DNA of 64,000 nucleotides from Panacibacter microcysteis (lineage in GTDB: Bacteria > Bacteroidota > Bacteroidia > Chitinophagales > Chitinophagaceae). Below, one piece after another: positions 47,999 to 58,042 of the stretch. Numbering within the stretch: the stretch's first letter is position 1; the number at the start of each line of letters is the position of its first letter. The translations under genes and the position numbers were made by a program. Below the pieces are notes generated by a model that was given only the letters and a program-made list of their open reading frames with translations, ran no database searches and was not told the origin of the DNA. The stretch covers positions 340,422 to 404,421 of the forward strand of contig NZ_JADWYR010000003.1 of NCBI RefSeq assembly GCF_015831355.1, read 5' to 3'.

Positions 47999-49579
47999 AT
48001 GAAAAAATATTTGAATATACTGGTTACAGCTTTAATTATACAGCTTGCACTAACCGGTTGTAAAAAAAGTTTTGATGATCTGTATCAAAACCCGAATAAA
48101 CCCACATCCGTTCCTGCATCATTGTTGCTGAATGGCATCTTGAACGATATGTATGACGGACCGGGTAGCATGTACGAACGTTGGTGCCAATACTATTGCA
48201 TTAACTATGATTATTACGGCAATAACCGTTACGATTTTGGCTCTGGTGCAGACTATTATGCCACGCTAAAAAACGTAACGAAAATGGAGCAGGAAGCATT
48301 GAGTGCAGGTCTTCCTGAGGTTAACCCATACGGTGCAATGGCTAAATTTTTCAAGGCTTATCTCTTTACAAAAATGAGTCTTGAAATGGGAGATATACCC
48401 ATGACTGAAGCATTGCAGGGTTTAAATAACCTTACGCCGGCATATGATGCACAAAAGGTCGTATTTCAAAAATCGTTTGCATGGCTCGATAGTGCAAACA
48501 ATGAGCTCGCTTCAATGATTGCCACAGGCGAAACAATGTCCGGTGATATTTACTTCGGTAATAATCTTACAAAGTGGCAGAAAGCTGTCAATACATTACA
48601 CATCAGGTTACTCATCGCCTTAAGCAAAAAAGCCGATGATGCTGAATTAAATATCAAAGGCCAGTTCGGTGCAATTGTAAACGACAGTGAAAAATACCCT
48701 GTAATGGAAGGTGCAGATGATAACTTGCAGTTTATTTACACGCATCCAACAAATGACTACCCCAACAGCCCTGATAGTTATGGTTTTGATGGTTTGCGTT
48801 ACAATATGTCTGCAACATATCTTGGCTTGCTTACTTCGCTCAAAGACCCACGTACATTCATAGTATCAGAGCCCGCAACGGCTTTGGTAGACGGCGGTAA
48901 AAGCCCTACCAGTTACGATGCTTTTGTTGGCGCAAGCCCCGGTGAAGATCTGGGTATCATGTTCAACAAAGCCGGCAATGGTCAATATTCGCAATTAAAC
49001 CGCTGGCGCTATTACCAGACATATACAGCAGAACCATCTATACAGCTTGGCTTTCCTGAATTATGTTTCAACATTGCAGAAGCAATAAACCGCGGCTGGA
49101 TCAGTTCAGGTAAACTTGGTGGCGCAGAAGATTATTACAAAGCCGGTATAAAAGCATCAATGGCTTTTTACGATATTCCTGAAACAGGAGAAATTACTAC
49201 ACATGTTTACGAATCAGGCAGTCCGGGTGGTGGAGATGTTAAATACACCACTTATACTGTTACCGTTAATTTCGATAATTACTACAACCAGGCTACCGTA
49301 AAATATGCAGGCGGTTCAACAGGGCTTGCACAGGTTTTACAGCAGCGTTATCTTGCCTTGTTTCGTCACTCCGGCCTCGAGTCGTATTACACATGGCGCA
49401 GAACAGGAGTGCCTGAATTTACCACTGGACCCGGTACAGGAAACAGTAACAGGATAGCGCTACGCTTTCAATATCCTTATGATGAAAGAACCGCAAATAC
49501 CGCCCACTACGAAGCAGCATTGCAAAACCAGTTTGGTGGTAATGACGACATCAATGGCGAAATGTGGATCATAAAATAA
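47999..49579 (+). CDS. SusD/RagB-family outer-membrane lipoprotein
   Basis: Lipoprotein signal (LTGC), TPR-like SusD fold, immediately downstream of SusC. Confidence 0.8.
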   Translation: MKKYLNILVTALIIQLALTGCKKSFDDLYQNPNKPTSVPASLLLNGILNDMYDGPGSMYERWCQYYCINYDYYGNNRYDFGSGADYYATLKNVTKMEQEALSAGLPEVNPYGAMAKFFKAYLFTKMSLEMGDIPMTEALQGLNNLTPAYDAQKVVFQKSFAWLDSANNELASMIATGETMSGDIYFGNNLTKWQKAVNTLHIRLLIALSKKADDAELNIKGQFGAIVNDSEKYPVMEGADDNLQFIYTHPTNDYPNSPDSYGFDGLRYNMSATYLGLLTSLKDPRTFIVSEPATALVDGGKSPTSYDAFVGASPGEDLGIMFNKAGNGQYSQLNRWRYYQTYTAEPSIQLGFPELCFNIAEAINRGWISSGKLGGAEDYYKAGIKASMAFYDIPETGEITTHVYESGSPGGGDVKYTTYTVTVNFDNYYNQATVKYAGGSTGLAQVLQQRYLALFRHSGLESYYTWRRTGVPEFTTGPGTGNSNRIALRFQYPYDERTANTAHYEAALQNQFGGNDDINGEMWIIK

Positions 49580-49600
49580 GTGTTGTGTTCTCTTAAACCT

Positions 49601-49628
49601 GGCAAAGCCGAGAGGCTTTGCCTTTTTA
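49601..49628 (+). terminator. Rho-independent terminator after SusD
   Basis: GGCAAAGCCGAGAGGCTTTGCC followed by TTTTTAT. Confidence 0.7.
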
Positions 49629-49640
49629 TAATTAATAATA

Positions 49641-49715
49641 TTGAACCGGCTGCATTACTACTATGAAGCATCGTTGTGTCACTCACTTGTACGGCAGTAT
49701 GCACTTCAGCATATG
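49641..49715 (+). repeat. Interspersed repeat R21 (B-type core with A-type arms), full length
   Basis: TTGAACCGGCTGCATTACTACTATGAAGC...TTGTGTCACTCACTTGTAC (49674-49692)...GTATGCACTTCAGCATATGC; follows SusD terminator. Confidence 0.85.
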
Positions 49716-49781
49716 CAAACGGTGTTTGTAAGCAATAGCTTTTCTTAACTATAGAGGCAACAGCTATAAGATATTTCGCCG

Positions 49782-49850
49782 GGGGCTGGCAACTGCTCAA
49801 TATTGTTATGGCGTACAAGAGTGCGACGCAACAGGCGATCAGTAAAGTAC
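49782..49850 (-). repeat. Interspersed repeat R22 (A-type, reverse)
   Basis: GTACAAGAGTGCGACGCAA at 49813-49831 + CAGGCGATC; creates a spurious N-terminus for the AP-family gene. Confidence 0.8.
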
Positions 49851-49877
49851 AAAAGATTGGCTCATAAAATTTATACC

Positions 49878-50951
49878 ATGAAAAAATTATCAGCACTGTT
49901 ATTGTTTATTACCGTACTGTTCAATACATACGCGCAAAGCAAAACCGACAACCTTGTTATTGTAACGCTTGACGGTCTGCGCTGGCAGGAAGTTTTTAAA
50001 GGCGTAGACTCTGCAATCATTGCAAACAAAAAGTTTACCAGCGATTCTGAACAGGTGATAAAAAATTTTTGGAGTGCCGATGCCGAGGGGCGCAGGCAAA
50101 AACTGTTTCCTTTTTTATGGAACACCGTAGCCAGGCACGGGCAATTGCATGGCAACCGCACTAAAGGCAGTAAAGTAAACAATGCCAACCCTTACTGGTT
50201 TTCTTACCCTGGTTACAATGAAATCTTTACCGGCTACCCTGATACTGCTGTAAACTCGAATGATAAAATTGCCAATAAAAACGAAAATGTTTTAGAATTT
50301 ATCAACAGGCAGAAAGGCTATAACGGTAAGGTGGCTGCTTTTGCAACATGGGACGTTTTTCCATACATACTCAACAGCGAAAGAAGTAAAGTGTATGTGA
50401 ATGCAGGTGTAGACAGTTTTCACTTTACATCACCTTCTTTTAAGTTGCTGAACGATATGCAGTTTCTTTCTGCCAAACCCATCGATGTACGCCTTGACGT
50501 AAATACTTATCTTGCTGCCAGGACTTACCTGCAGGAGCATAAGCCAAAAGTGTTGTATATAGCCTTTGATGAAACAGATGATTTTGCACATTCGGGTATG
50601 TACGATCAATATTTAAAAAGTGCGCATGCAGAAGATGCTATGATTGCAGACCTGTGGCAAACGATACAATCGATGCCCGGTTATAAAAATAATACTACAC
50701 TGATCATCACCTGCGATCATGGCCGCGGAGACGCTGTAAAAGAAGAATGGACTTCTCACGGCGATAAGATCCAGGATGCAGGCCAGATATGGTTTGCAGC
50801 CATTGGGCCGCATATAAAGCCTACTGGTGAAGCAGCAACAGACGAATTGTTTTACCAGGCCCAGCTTGCAACAACCATGGCCGCTTTGCTCGGGCTTGAG
50901 TTTAAACCTGCACACCCTGTTATGCAACCATTACAAACGCTTTTAAAATAG
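49878..50951 (+). CDS. Alkaline-phosphatase-superfamily enzyme, NPP/type-I phosphodiesterase-like
   Basis: Signal peptide; LVIVTLDGLRWQ metal-site motif of NPP/AP superfamily; N-terminal extension MLWRTRVRRNRR is derived from repeat R22 and is rejected. Confidence 0.65.
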   Translation: MKKLSALLLFITVLFNTYAQSKTDNLVIVTLDGLRWQEVFKGVDSAIIANKKFTSDSEQVIKNFWSADAEGRRQKLFPFLWNTVARHGQLHGNRTKGSKVNNANPYWFSYPGYNEIFTGYPDTAVNSNDKIANKNENVLEFINRQKGYNGKVAAFATWDVFPYILNSERSKVYVNAGVDSFHFTSPSFKLLNDMQFLSAKPIDVRLDVNTYLAARTYLQEHKPKVLYIAFDETDDFAHSGMYDQYLKSAHAEDAMIADLWQTIQSMPGYKNNTTLIITCDHGRGDAVKEEWTSHGDKIQDAGQIWFAAIGPHIKPTGEAATDELFYQAQLATTMAALLGLEFKPAHPVMQPLQTLLK

Positions 50952-50956
50952 ATGGC

Positions 50957-51529
50957 ATGAACAAACCAGAAACAACAACAAATGAGATCATCACGCTTTT
51001 TGAAAAATATGGTAATGAAGACTATGATGGCGAGCCTGTATCGCAAACATCGCACATGATACAGTGTGCTATGCAGGCCATGGCAGAAGGCGGCGATATG
51101 GAACTTATACTCGGTGCATTCCTGCACGATGTTGGTCACCTGCTAAGGCACGAGCATGCGGTGGAAGAAATGGGTGGTCTCGGTGCAGTGAACCATGAAG
51201 GCATAGGCGGCGAATACCTGCGCCGTAAAGGTTTTACAGAAAGAGTGTGCGCAATGGTGGAAAAACATGTAGATGCAAAACGCTACCTTGTTGCTACAGA
51301 CCCCGGTTACAAAAATAAATTGTCAGAAGCCAGTTGGCAAACGCTCAATATGTGGCAGGGTGGGCCTATGAGCGATGCAGAAGCGGCATTGTTTAAACAA
51401 CACCCTTACTTCGATGATATTATAAAAGTGCGTTTATGGGATGAAGGCGGCAAAGACCATGATATGGTCATGCTGCCGCTTGGTCATTTTCGCAACCTGA
51501 TCAATGAATATTTAAAAGAAAGAAACTGA
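50957..51529 (+). CDS. HD-domain protein, PhnZ-like (phosphonate-degradation HD oxygenase family)
   Basis: 190 aa, HD motif (HMIQCAMQA...FLHDVGHLL), size and motifs match PhnZ / TIGR03276-type HD proteins. Confidence 0.65.
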   Translation: MNKPETTTNEIITLFEKYGNEDYDGEPVSQTSHMIQCAMQAMAEGGDMELILGAFLHDVGHLLRHEHAVEEMGGLGAVNHEGIGGEYLRRKGFTERVCAMVEKHVDAKRYLVATDPGYKNKLSEASWQTLNMWQGGPMSDAEAALFKQHPYFDDIIKVRLWDEGGKDHDMVMLPLGHFRNLINEYLKERN

Positions 51530-52215
51530 TGAAAGATATTAAGCTTGTAGTGTTTGATATTGCAGGAACAACGGTAAAAGATCATGGAGAAATAGCTACC
51601 GCTTTTCACGATGCAATGAAAGAAAGCGGTTACGATATACCGCATGAAAAAATTTACCCGTTAATGGGTTACAAGAAACCCGAAGCAATAAGAATGATGC
51701 TCGAAGAATATGAATCTGATGTGGCTGCAATAACAACAGCTTATATCAATGCTATTCACGACAGGTTTATTGCTCTAATGGTTGCATACTACCGGTCAAC
51801 AGATCAGTTACAGGCATTGCCACATGCAGAAGAGGTCTTTGCCTGGCTGAAAAAGCATGACATCAGGATTGGGCTAGATACCGGATTCTCAACAGATATT
51901 ACCAGTATCATCATCGAAAGACTTGGGTGGCTAAAAGACAACAAGATCGACTATGTTGTTTGTAGTAATGAAGTAGCCGCAGGCAGGCCACAGCCTTACA
52001 TGATTCAAAAAATGATGAAGGCGGCAGGAATTGCTGATGCAAAACAGGTCATTAAGATTGGCGATACAGAAGTCGATATAAACGAGGGTAAAAATGCAGG
52101 TTGCCTCTATACAATTGGTATAACTACCGGCGCGTTTACAAGAGCAGCACTGCAGCCTTATGATCCCGATTTTATAATAGACGATCTTATAGAGCTGATT
52201 GAGATAATACAGTAA
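51529..52215 (+). CDS. HAD-superfamily hydrolase, phosphonatase (PhnX)-like
   Basis: VVFDIAGTTV motif I; overlaps the HD gene stop (ATGA coupling). Confidence 0.65.
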   Translation: MKDIKLVVFDIAGTTVKDHGEIATAFHDAMKESGYDIPHEKIYPLMGYKKPEAIRMMLEEYESDVAAITTAYINAIHDRFIALMVAYYRSTDQLQALPHAEEVFAWLKKHDIRIGLDTGFSTDITSIIIERLGWLKDNKIDYVVCSNEVAAGRPQPYMIQKMMKAAGIADAKQVIKIGDTEVDINEGKNAGCLYTIGITTGAFTRAALQPYDPDFIIDDLIELIEIIQ

Positions 52216-52218
52216 AAT

Positions 52219-52298
52219 TTTGAGCCGGACTGCATTGCTGCTATGTAGCTTTTGTTGCGTCGCACTCTTGTACTGCAACATGTAACGCAGCAATGTTC
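52219..52298 (+). repeat. Interspersed repeat R23 (A-type), full length
   Basis: TTTGAGCCGGACTGCATTGCTGCTATGTAGC...TTGCGTCGCACTCTTGTAC (52255-52273)...TGCAACATGTAACGCAGCAATG; 4 bp after HAD gene stop. Confidence 0.85.
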
Positions 52299-52351
52299 GA
52301 AGCCGTCCCATCTACACCGTCATCATTCTTACCGGTACTCAAAAGCAATCC

Positions 52352-53653
52352 ATGTACACATCAGCATACCTTCAAAAAAAACTTGCCAGTACACCCGCAT
52401 GGGCTTTGTCATTGTATGCAGCATTAACAGCGTTTTGTGTTTATTTCTGTATGTATGCATTCCGGAAACCTTTTACAGCCGCCGGTTTTGAAGGTATCAC
52501 ATACTGGCATATCAACTATAAGGTGTGGCTTGTAACGGCACAGGTTATTGGCTACATGCTTAGTAAATTCTATGGCATCCGTTTTATTTCTGCTATGAAA
52601 GGAGAGAAGCGGGCCATAACAATTATTAAACTCATTCTTAGCGCATGGGCAGCGCTGCTATTGTTTGCTCTTGTGCCTGCACCTTATAACATCGTTTTTT
52701 TATTGCTCAATGGGTTTCCTTTAGGCATGGTTTGGGGCTTGGTTTTTAGCTTCGTGGAAGGCCGGAAGGCTACAGAATTTATGGGGGCAGTGCTATCTAT
52801 CAGTTTTATCTTTTCTTCTGGTGTTGTAAAGTCTGGCGGTAAATCTTTACTCATCAACTGGCATATAAAAGAAACATGGATGCCTTTTTTAACAGGTGGG
52901 TTATTTGTGCTGCCCATGCTTTTGTCGGTATGGCTATTGAATCATATTCCGCCGCCTGACAAAGAAGACGAACGCCACAGAAGTGTAAGACCACCCATGA
53001 CGAAAGAAGAGCGTAAAACTTTTCTTGCAACTTTTTTGCCTGGTATAATCATCATAGTAACCACGTATGTGCTGCTTACCATTCTGCGGGATTTCAGGGA
53101 TAATTTTGCCAACGAACTTTACAAAGAGCTGGGGTATGGCAACGATGCCTCCATATTTACCAAAACAGAGATTCCTGTTTCGTTGATCGTGCTGCTTTGC
53201 ATGAGCTTACTGATACTCGTGAAAAACAACTTCAGGGCATTTTTGGTAAATCATTACATCGTGATGGGTGGTTATGCAACAGCGCTTATTTCAACCCTGT
53301 TGTTTATGGCACATCATTTAGACCCGATTGTTTGGATGACTATGATCGGTACAGGCCTGTATCTTAGTTATGTGCCCTTCAATGCATTGTATTTTGAGCG
53401 CATGATTGCCACATACAGGATAAGAAGTAATGTAGGTTTTATTATGTATATCGCAGATGCATTTGGTTACCTGGGCAGCGTGTTGATTTTAATTGCCAAA
53501 GAGTTTATTGGTGTTCAACTTTCATGGACGAGCTTTTTTACCAATGCTGTTATTGTAGTTACCCTGGCAGGCATAGCAGGTACTGCTATTGCGGCTGTTT
53601 ATTTCAAAAGAAAATATTTATCTATACAACATACCCAAAAGATTTATGGCTAG
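52352..53653 (+). CDS. Polytopic membrane protein, putative transporter (DUF5690-like)
   Basis: About 12 predicted TM helices; conserved position between PhnX-like and FAD oxidoreductase genes. Confidence 0.55.
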   Translation: MYTSAYLQKKLASTPAWALSLYAALTAFCVYFCMYAFRKPFTAAGFEGITYWHINYKVWLVTAQVIGYMLSKFYGIRFISAMKGEKRAITIIKLILSAWAALLLFALVPAPYNIVFLLLNGFPLGMVWGLVFSFVEGRKATEFMGAVLSISFIFSSGVVKSGGKSLLINWHIKETWMPFLTGGLFVLPMLLSVWLLNHIPPPDKEDERHRSVRPPMTKEERKTFLATFLPGIIIIVTTYVLLTILRDFRDNFANELYKELGYGNDASIFTKTEIPVSLIVLLCMSLLILVKNNFRAFLVNHYIVMGGYATALISTLLFMAHHLDPIVWMTMIGTGLYLSYVPFNALYFERMIATYRIRSNVGFIMYIADAFGYLGSVLILIAKEFIGVQLSWTSFFTNAVIVVTLAGIAGTAIAAVYFKRKYLSIQHTQKIYG

Positions 53654-54773
53654 CAAAAACGCAATTGTCATTGGTGCAGGCATAGTTGGTCTTGCAATGG
53701 CCCGAAGCCTGGCCGAAAAAGGATATACAGTAGACGTATTTGAGCGTAATGAAAAAGCAGTTGGCGCATCTGTAAGAAACTTTGGAATGGTTTGGCCCAT
53801 CGGCCAGCCTACTGGTGCTTTGTACGAGCGGGCATTAAGATCCAGGTCAATATGGAAAGCAGTTTGTAAAGGTGCTGGTTTATGGCATAATGAAGTTGGC
53901 AGCCTGCACCTTGCCTATAATGATCTTGAATGGGATGTTTTGCAACAGTTTGCAGCCGTAGAGAACAATGCAAGACCGGTTACTGCGATCGATGTGCCCG
54001 CAACACTCAAAAAAAGTGATGCAGTAAACCCGGTTAATTTAAAAGGCGCGTTGTGGAGTGCAGATGAAATGATTGTCGAATCAAGGGTTGCTATCGAGAA
54101 ACTGCCGGCATACCTCTCCGAAAAATATCGCATCACTTTCCATTTTAATACGGCTGTTAACCGTATAGAATATCCTGCAGTGTACGCAGGCAAAAAGCAA
54201 TGGAAAGCAGATATTATTTACGTATGCAGCGGGCCTGACCTGGAAACATTATACCCTGATGTATTTGCTGCCAATTATTTTACCAAAAGCAAACTACAAA
54301 TGATGCGGCTGACCATGCAGCCGGACGGCTGGCGCATTGGCCCGTCTTTATGCGGTGGATTATCACTCATACACTACAAAGGTTTTCAGTCCGCACCATC
54401 GTTACCTGCGTTAAAGGCTTTCTATGAAGCTAATCTTCCCGATTATATAAAATGGGGTGTTCACGTAATGGTTTCTCAAAACGCCGAAGGTGAACTTACG
54501 ATAGGTGACAGCCACGAGTATGGTTTGGTGTTTGACCCTTTTGATAAAGCCTTTATCAATAACCTGATCATTGATTATATGAAACAGTTTGCGGTGTTTA
54601 AAGACTGGACGATGATACAGAGCTGGCATGGCATTTATCCCAAACGTACCAATGGAGCAATTGATTTTGTTTTTTCACCTGAAAACGGTGTGACCATTGT
54701 AAACGGCCTTGGCGGTAATGGTATGACACTGAGTTTCGGGCTGGCCGAGGAAGTGGTGGGGGCTTCGGTCTGA
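53646..54773 (+). CDS. FAD-dependent oxidoreductase (TIGR03364-like, D-amino-acid-oxidase fold)
   Basis: N-terminal GAGIVGLA dinucleotide-binding motif; start overlaps upstream stop (ATGGCTAG). Confidence 0.7.
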   Translation: MASKNAIVIGAGIVGLAMARSLAEKGYTVDVFERNEKAVGASVRNFGMVWPIGQPTGALYERALRSRSIWKAVCKGAGLWHNEVGSLHLAYNDLEWDVLQQFAAVENNARPVTAIDVPATLKKSDAVNPVNLKGALWSADEMIVESRVAIEKLPAYLSEKYRITFHFNTAVNRIEYPAVYAGKKQWKADIIYVCSGPDLETLYPDVFAANYFTKSKLQMMRLTMQPDGWRIGPSLCGGLSLIHYKGFQSAPSLPALKAFYEANLPDYIKWGVHVMVSQNAEGELTIGDSHEYGLVFDPFDKAFINNLIIDYMKQFAVFKDWTMIQSWHGIYPKRTNGAIDFVFSPENGVTIVNGLGGNGMTLSFGLAEEVVGASV

Positions 54774-54801
54774 CCGTCCCGGTCACACCCGAGTCGCGCT
54801 A

Positions 54802-55485
54802 CTACGGTTTTACAAACTCCTTCACACTGCCATCACTATAAGCAACTATGGCTTTGGCAGCCATGTTGATAAACAAACCATTTTCCACTACACCGGGAAT
54901 ATTATTCAATTGCTGTTGCAACAATGCGGGGTTGTCAATTTGTTCAAAGTGGCAATCAAGAATGTAATGCCCATGATCGGATATAAAAATACCGTCCTGT
55001 TTTTGGCGCAAAACAATATTACTGCAACCAAGTTGTGCAATATGTTTTTGGGTTTGCCGCCAGGCAAATGTTATCACTTCAACAGGTAGCGGAAATTTAC
55101 CCAGGTTTTGTACAAGCTTGCTTTCATCTGCAATGATGATGTTTTGTACGGAAGCTGCTGCAACAATTTTTTCCTGCAACAATGCACCTCCACCGCCTTT
55201 GATAAGATTTAGCGAAGGGTCAATTTCATCTGCGCCGTCTATTGTCAGATCCAGTTGCGCCACATCATTCAGGTCTACAAGCGGAATGTTTAATGAACGT
55301 GCCAGTTGCGCAGTTTGCGCAGAAGTTGGCACGCCTGTTATGTGCAAACCTTCCTTTGTTTTATTGGCCAGGGTATGTATAAAATAATAAACGGTGGACC
55401 CAGTGCCGATACCAATGGTCATTCCGTCTTCCACCAGGGTAGCAGCGTATTCGCCGGCCTTTTGTTTTGCTATATCGTTACTCAT
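54802..55485 (-). CDS. rpiA: Ribose-5-phosphate isomerase A
   Basis: GIGTGSTV and DGADE motifs. Confidence 0.85.
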   Translation of the reverse strand: MSNDIAKQKAGEYAATLVEDGMTIGIGTGSTVYYFIHTLANKTKEGLHITGVPTSAQTAQLARSLNIPLVDLNDVAQLDLTIDGADEIDPSLNLIKGGGGALLQEKIVAAASVQNIIIADESKLVQNLGKFPLPVEVITFAWRQTQKHIAQLGCSNIVLRQKQDGIFISDHGHYILDCHFEQIDNPALLQQQLNNIPGVVENGLFINMAAKAIVAYSDGSVKEFVKP

Positions 55486-55553
55486 GTAAGTTGATGTAAG
55501 TGTAAAGTCTCTATGATTTTCTGAAAATGTATGTACCGCTGGTTGTTAATACA

Positions 55554-55634
55554 GCCGCATCGTTGCTGCATAGCGATATACAGTACAAGAGTGCGACGCA
55601 ACAGGAGGTGAATGCTTATGCTGCAGCCTGGCCC
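55554..55634 (-). repeat. Interspersed repeat R24 (A-type, reverse), full length
   Basis: GTACAAGAGTGCGACGCAA at 55583-55601; minus strand reads GGCCAGGCTGCAGCATAAGCATTCACC...core...TATATCGCTATGCAGCAACG; about 10 bp after GH13 stop. Confidence 0.85.
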
Positions 55635-55645
55635 ATCATCATTTC

Positions 55646-56926
55646 TTACATATCGGTAGCGTATACCACATATTCCCATGCCTGCAGTTCGAACCGCTCT
55701 GCGTTGTTGAGTGTGTGCTGCAAACCAGAAAAGAGATTGATATAATCCGCATGCAATAATTCATGCTGTACTGCGCATATTACTTTGTCATTGGCCGATA
55801 AATTAAGTATCACAAGCACTTTAGATGCATTGCTTACAAGCAGGTAAGCAAGCACTTTATCATCGGCACCGGTTTGCAATGTGTATAGCTGTGCATGGTT
55901 GTGCAATGCGGGGTTAACATACAGCAGGTGAAAGAGTTTTTTGTAAAAGTCGTGCAGCAGTATATTGGGTTGCCATTCTATGCAGTCTTTCTCAAAGAAT
56001 TTTAACCGCTTGTGGTTGGGTAATTCCTGGCCGCTGTACAGCAACGGCATGCCGGGCCACGTTACAGTAAAAACAGCCATGGCTTTTGCAGCAGCACCAT
56101 ATTTTTCATACTCTGTGCCATTCCAGCTATTTTCATCATGGTTAGAAGTAAAAAACAATTTATTGGCGCCTTTGGGGTATTGGGAGTATTTCAGCAACAC
56201 ATCGCGTTTTGTTTGCAGCGATAAACTTCTTTTTACCATTTCTTCGGTAATGCGCATCCATTCCCAGGCATAAGACACATCAAATACTTTATGGTATTCC
56301 ATTACATCACATTCCGCAAGCCAGAACAATGGTTTTACAGCATCGCATGCAAGCCGTGCATCAACCCAGAAATCAAGCGGTACGAGGTGTGCCATATCGC
56401 ATCGAAAGCCATCAATGTCGCATTCTTTTATCCAGTAAAGCATGGCATCTTTTAACGCTTTACGCATGTCGTTATTCCGGTAATCAAGGTCTATCACATC
56501 TTCCCATCCATTAGGGTCGTAAAATCTGCCAAGTTCATCTTTTAAATACCAGTCAGGGTGTTCTTTAGACCAGTGATGATCCCAGCCTGTATGGTTGGCC
56601 ACCCAGTCTATGATCAGCTTCATACCTGCATTGTGTGCAGCGTGTACAAGATGTTTAAAATCATCAAGTGTACCAAATTCAGGATTGATGGTTGTGTAAC
56701 TGCTGCATGCATAATAACTGCCAAGCGTGCCTTGTCTTTTTTCTTTACTGATGGGCGTAACAGGCATCAGCCATAAAATCTTTACGCCCATATCCTGTAA
56801 GCGTGGTATATGTTTTTCAAATGCCGTGAATGTGCCTTCAGGTGTATATTGCCTGATATTAACCTCGTAAATGTTACTGCCATACATCCATTCTACCCGG
56901 TTAAACAAATCTGCCATAGCCATCAA
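55646..56926 (-). CDS. Glycoside hydrolase family 13 alpha-amylase-like enzyme
   Basis: GFRCDMAHLV and FxxNHD GH13 catalytic regions. Confidence 0.8.
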   Translation of the reverse strand: MMAMADLFNRVEWMYGSNIYEVNIRQYTPEGTFTAFEKHIPRLQDMGVKILWLMPVTPISKEKRQGTLGSYYACSSYTTINPEFGTLDDFKHLVHAAHNAGMKLIIDWVANHTGWDHHWSKEHPDWYLKDELGRFYDPNGWEDVIDLDYRNNDMRKALKDAMLYWIKECDIDGFRCDMAHLVPLDFWVDARLACDAVKPLFWLAECDVMEYHKVFDVSYAWEWMRITEEMVKRSLSLQTKRDVLLKYSQYPKGANKLFFTSNHDENSWNGTEYEKYGAAAKAMAVFTVTWPGMPLLYSGQELPNHKRLKFFEKDCIEWQPNILLHDFYKKLFHLLYVNPALHNHAQLYTLQTGADDKVLAYLLVSNASKVLVILNLSANDKVICAVQHELLHADYINLFSGLQHTLNNAERFELQAWEYVVYATDM

Positions 56927-56990
56927 TTTTATTCGGTTACAAGATAAAGAATCAATAGTTTTAATGTGTATAAGATTTGGTACCGGAATT

Positions 56991-57085
56991 TTTTTTTGTT
57001 AACCGGCTGTTGAATAAGTATGGGGCTGTTGTTGTGTCACTCACTTGTACTGCAGAAGCTTTATGCAGCTTTACGAAGCAGGTTG
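56991..57085 (+). repeat. Interspersed repeat R25 (B-type)
   Basis: TTTTTTTTGTTAACCGGCTGTTG...TTGTGTCACTCACTTGTAC (57032-57050)...TGCAGAAGCTTTATGCAGC; between divergent genes. Confidence 0.75.
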
Positions 57086-57130
57086 GCACCTTTGCACCAT
57101 ACTTTATCCTGCACCTCAAACACAAACATC

Positions 57131-58042
57131 ATGCAACAATACAACCGTAGAAAATTTATACAGCAAACAACAGGTTTGTTGGGCGCCGCATTTGCAGGTT
57201 CTCTTATGGGTTTTACAGCAAAAGACATCTTACTTTCTTTTTCTACACTCGGCTGTCCCGACTGGGGGTTTGAACAAATTACCAACTTTGCCCAGAGCAA
57301 CAGTTTCAACGGCCTTGAAGTAAGAGGCATACTCAGGGAGATGGATCTTACCAAAAGCCCTGTTTTCAGCAAGGCCAATATTGCTGCAACAAAGACAATA
57401 ATGCAGGATAAAAACCTGCGGTTTGTAAACCTTGGCTCATCTGCCACACTGCATTTTAAAGCGGCAGCAGACAGGCAGAAAAATATAGACGAGGGCAAAC
57501 GGTTTATAGATCTTGCGCATGCAATAGATTGCCCTTACATACGTGTATTTCCGAATAACTTTCCAAAAGAGCAGGAGAAGCAGGAGACCATAGAACTTAT
57601 TACAGATGGCTTGGCAACACTTGCTACTTACGCCAAAGGCAGCAACGTTACGGTACTTATGGAAACACATGGAGATATGGTGTGGGTTGCAGATATTCTA
57701 AGCATAATGAAAAATGCATCAGGTGCACATGCAGCACTTATCTGGGATGTAGCGAATATGTGGAATATTACCAAAGAACCGCCTGCAGAAGTATATCCTA
57801 AACTAAAACCCTATATAAAGCACACGCATATTAAAGACAATACACTTGATAATGATAAGATTTCGTACACACTCATGGGAAAAGGTGTAGTGCCCATTTT
57901 TGAAGCAATAGACCTGTTGCACAAAGACGATTATAAAGGTTACTACAGCTTTGAATGGGAGAAACTCTGGCATCCTGAAATTGATGCTCCGGAGATTGCC
58001 ATTGCAGATTATGCAAAAACGATGCAGGCGCATTTTGGTTAA
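57131..58042 (+). CDS. Sugar phosphate isomerase/epimerase (xylose-isomerase-like TIM barrel) with Tat signal
   Basis: RRKFIQ twin-arginine motif; TIM-barrel family; upstream extension MGLLLCHSLV... overlaps repeat R25 and is rejected. Confidence 0.65.
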   Translation: MQQYNRRKFIQQTTGLLGAAFAGSLMGFTAKDILLSFSTLGCPDWGFEQITNFAQSNSFNGLEVRGILREMDLTKSPVFSKANIAATKTIMQDKNLRFVNLGSSATLHFKAAADRQKNIDEGKRFIDLAHAIDCPYIRVFPNNFPKEQEKQETIELITDGLATLATYAKGSNVTVLMETHGDMVWVADILSIMKNASGAHAALIWDVANMWNITKEPPAEVYPKLKPYIKHTHIKDNTLDNDKISYTLMGKGVVPIFEAIDLLHKDDYKGYYSFEWEKLWHPEIDAPEIAIADYAKTMQAHFG

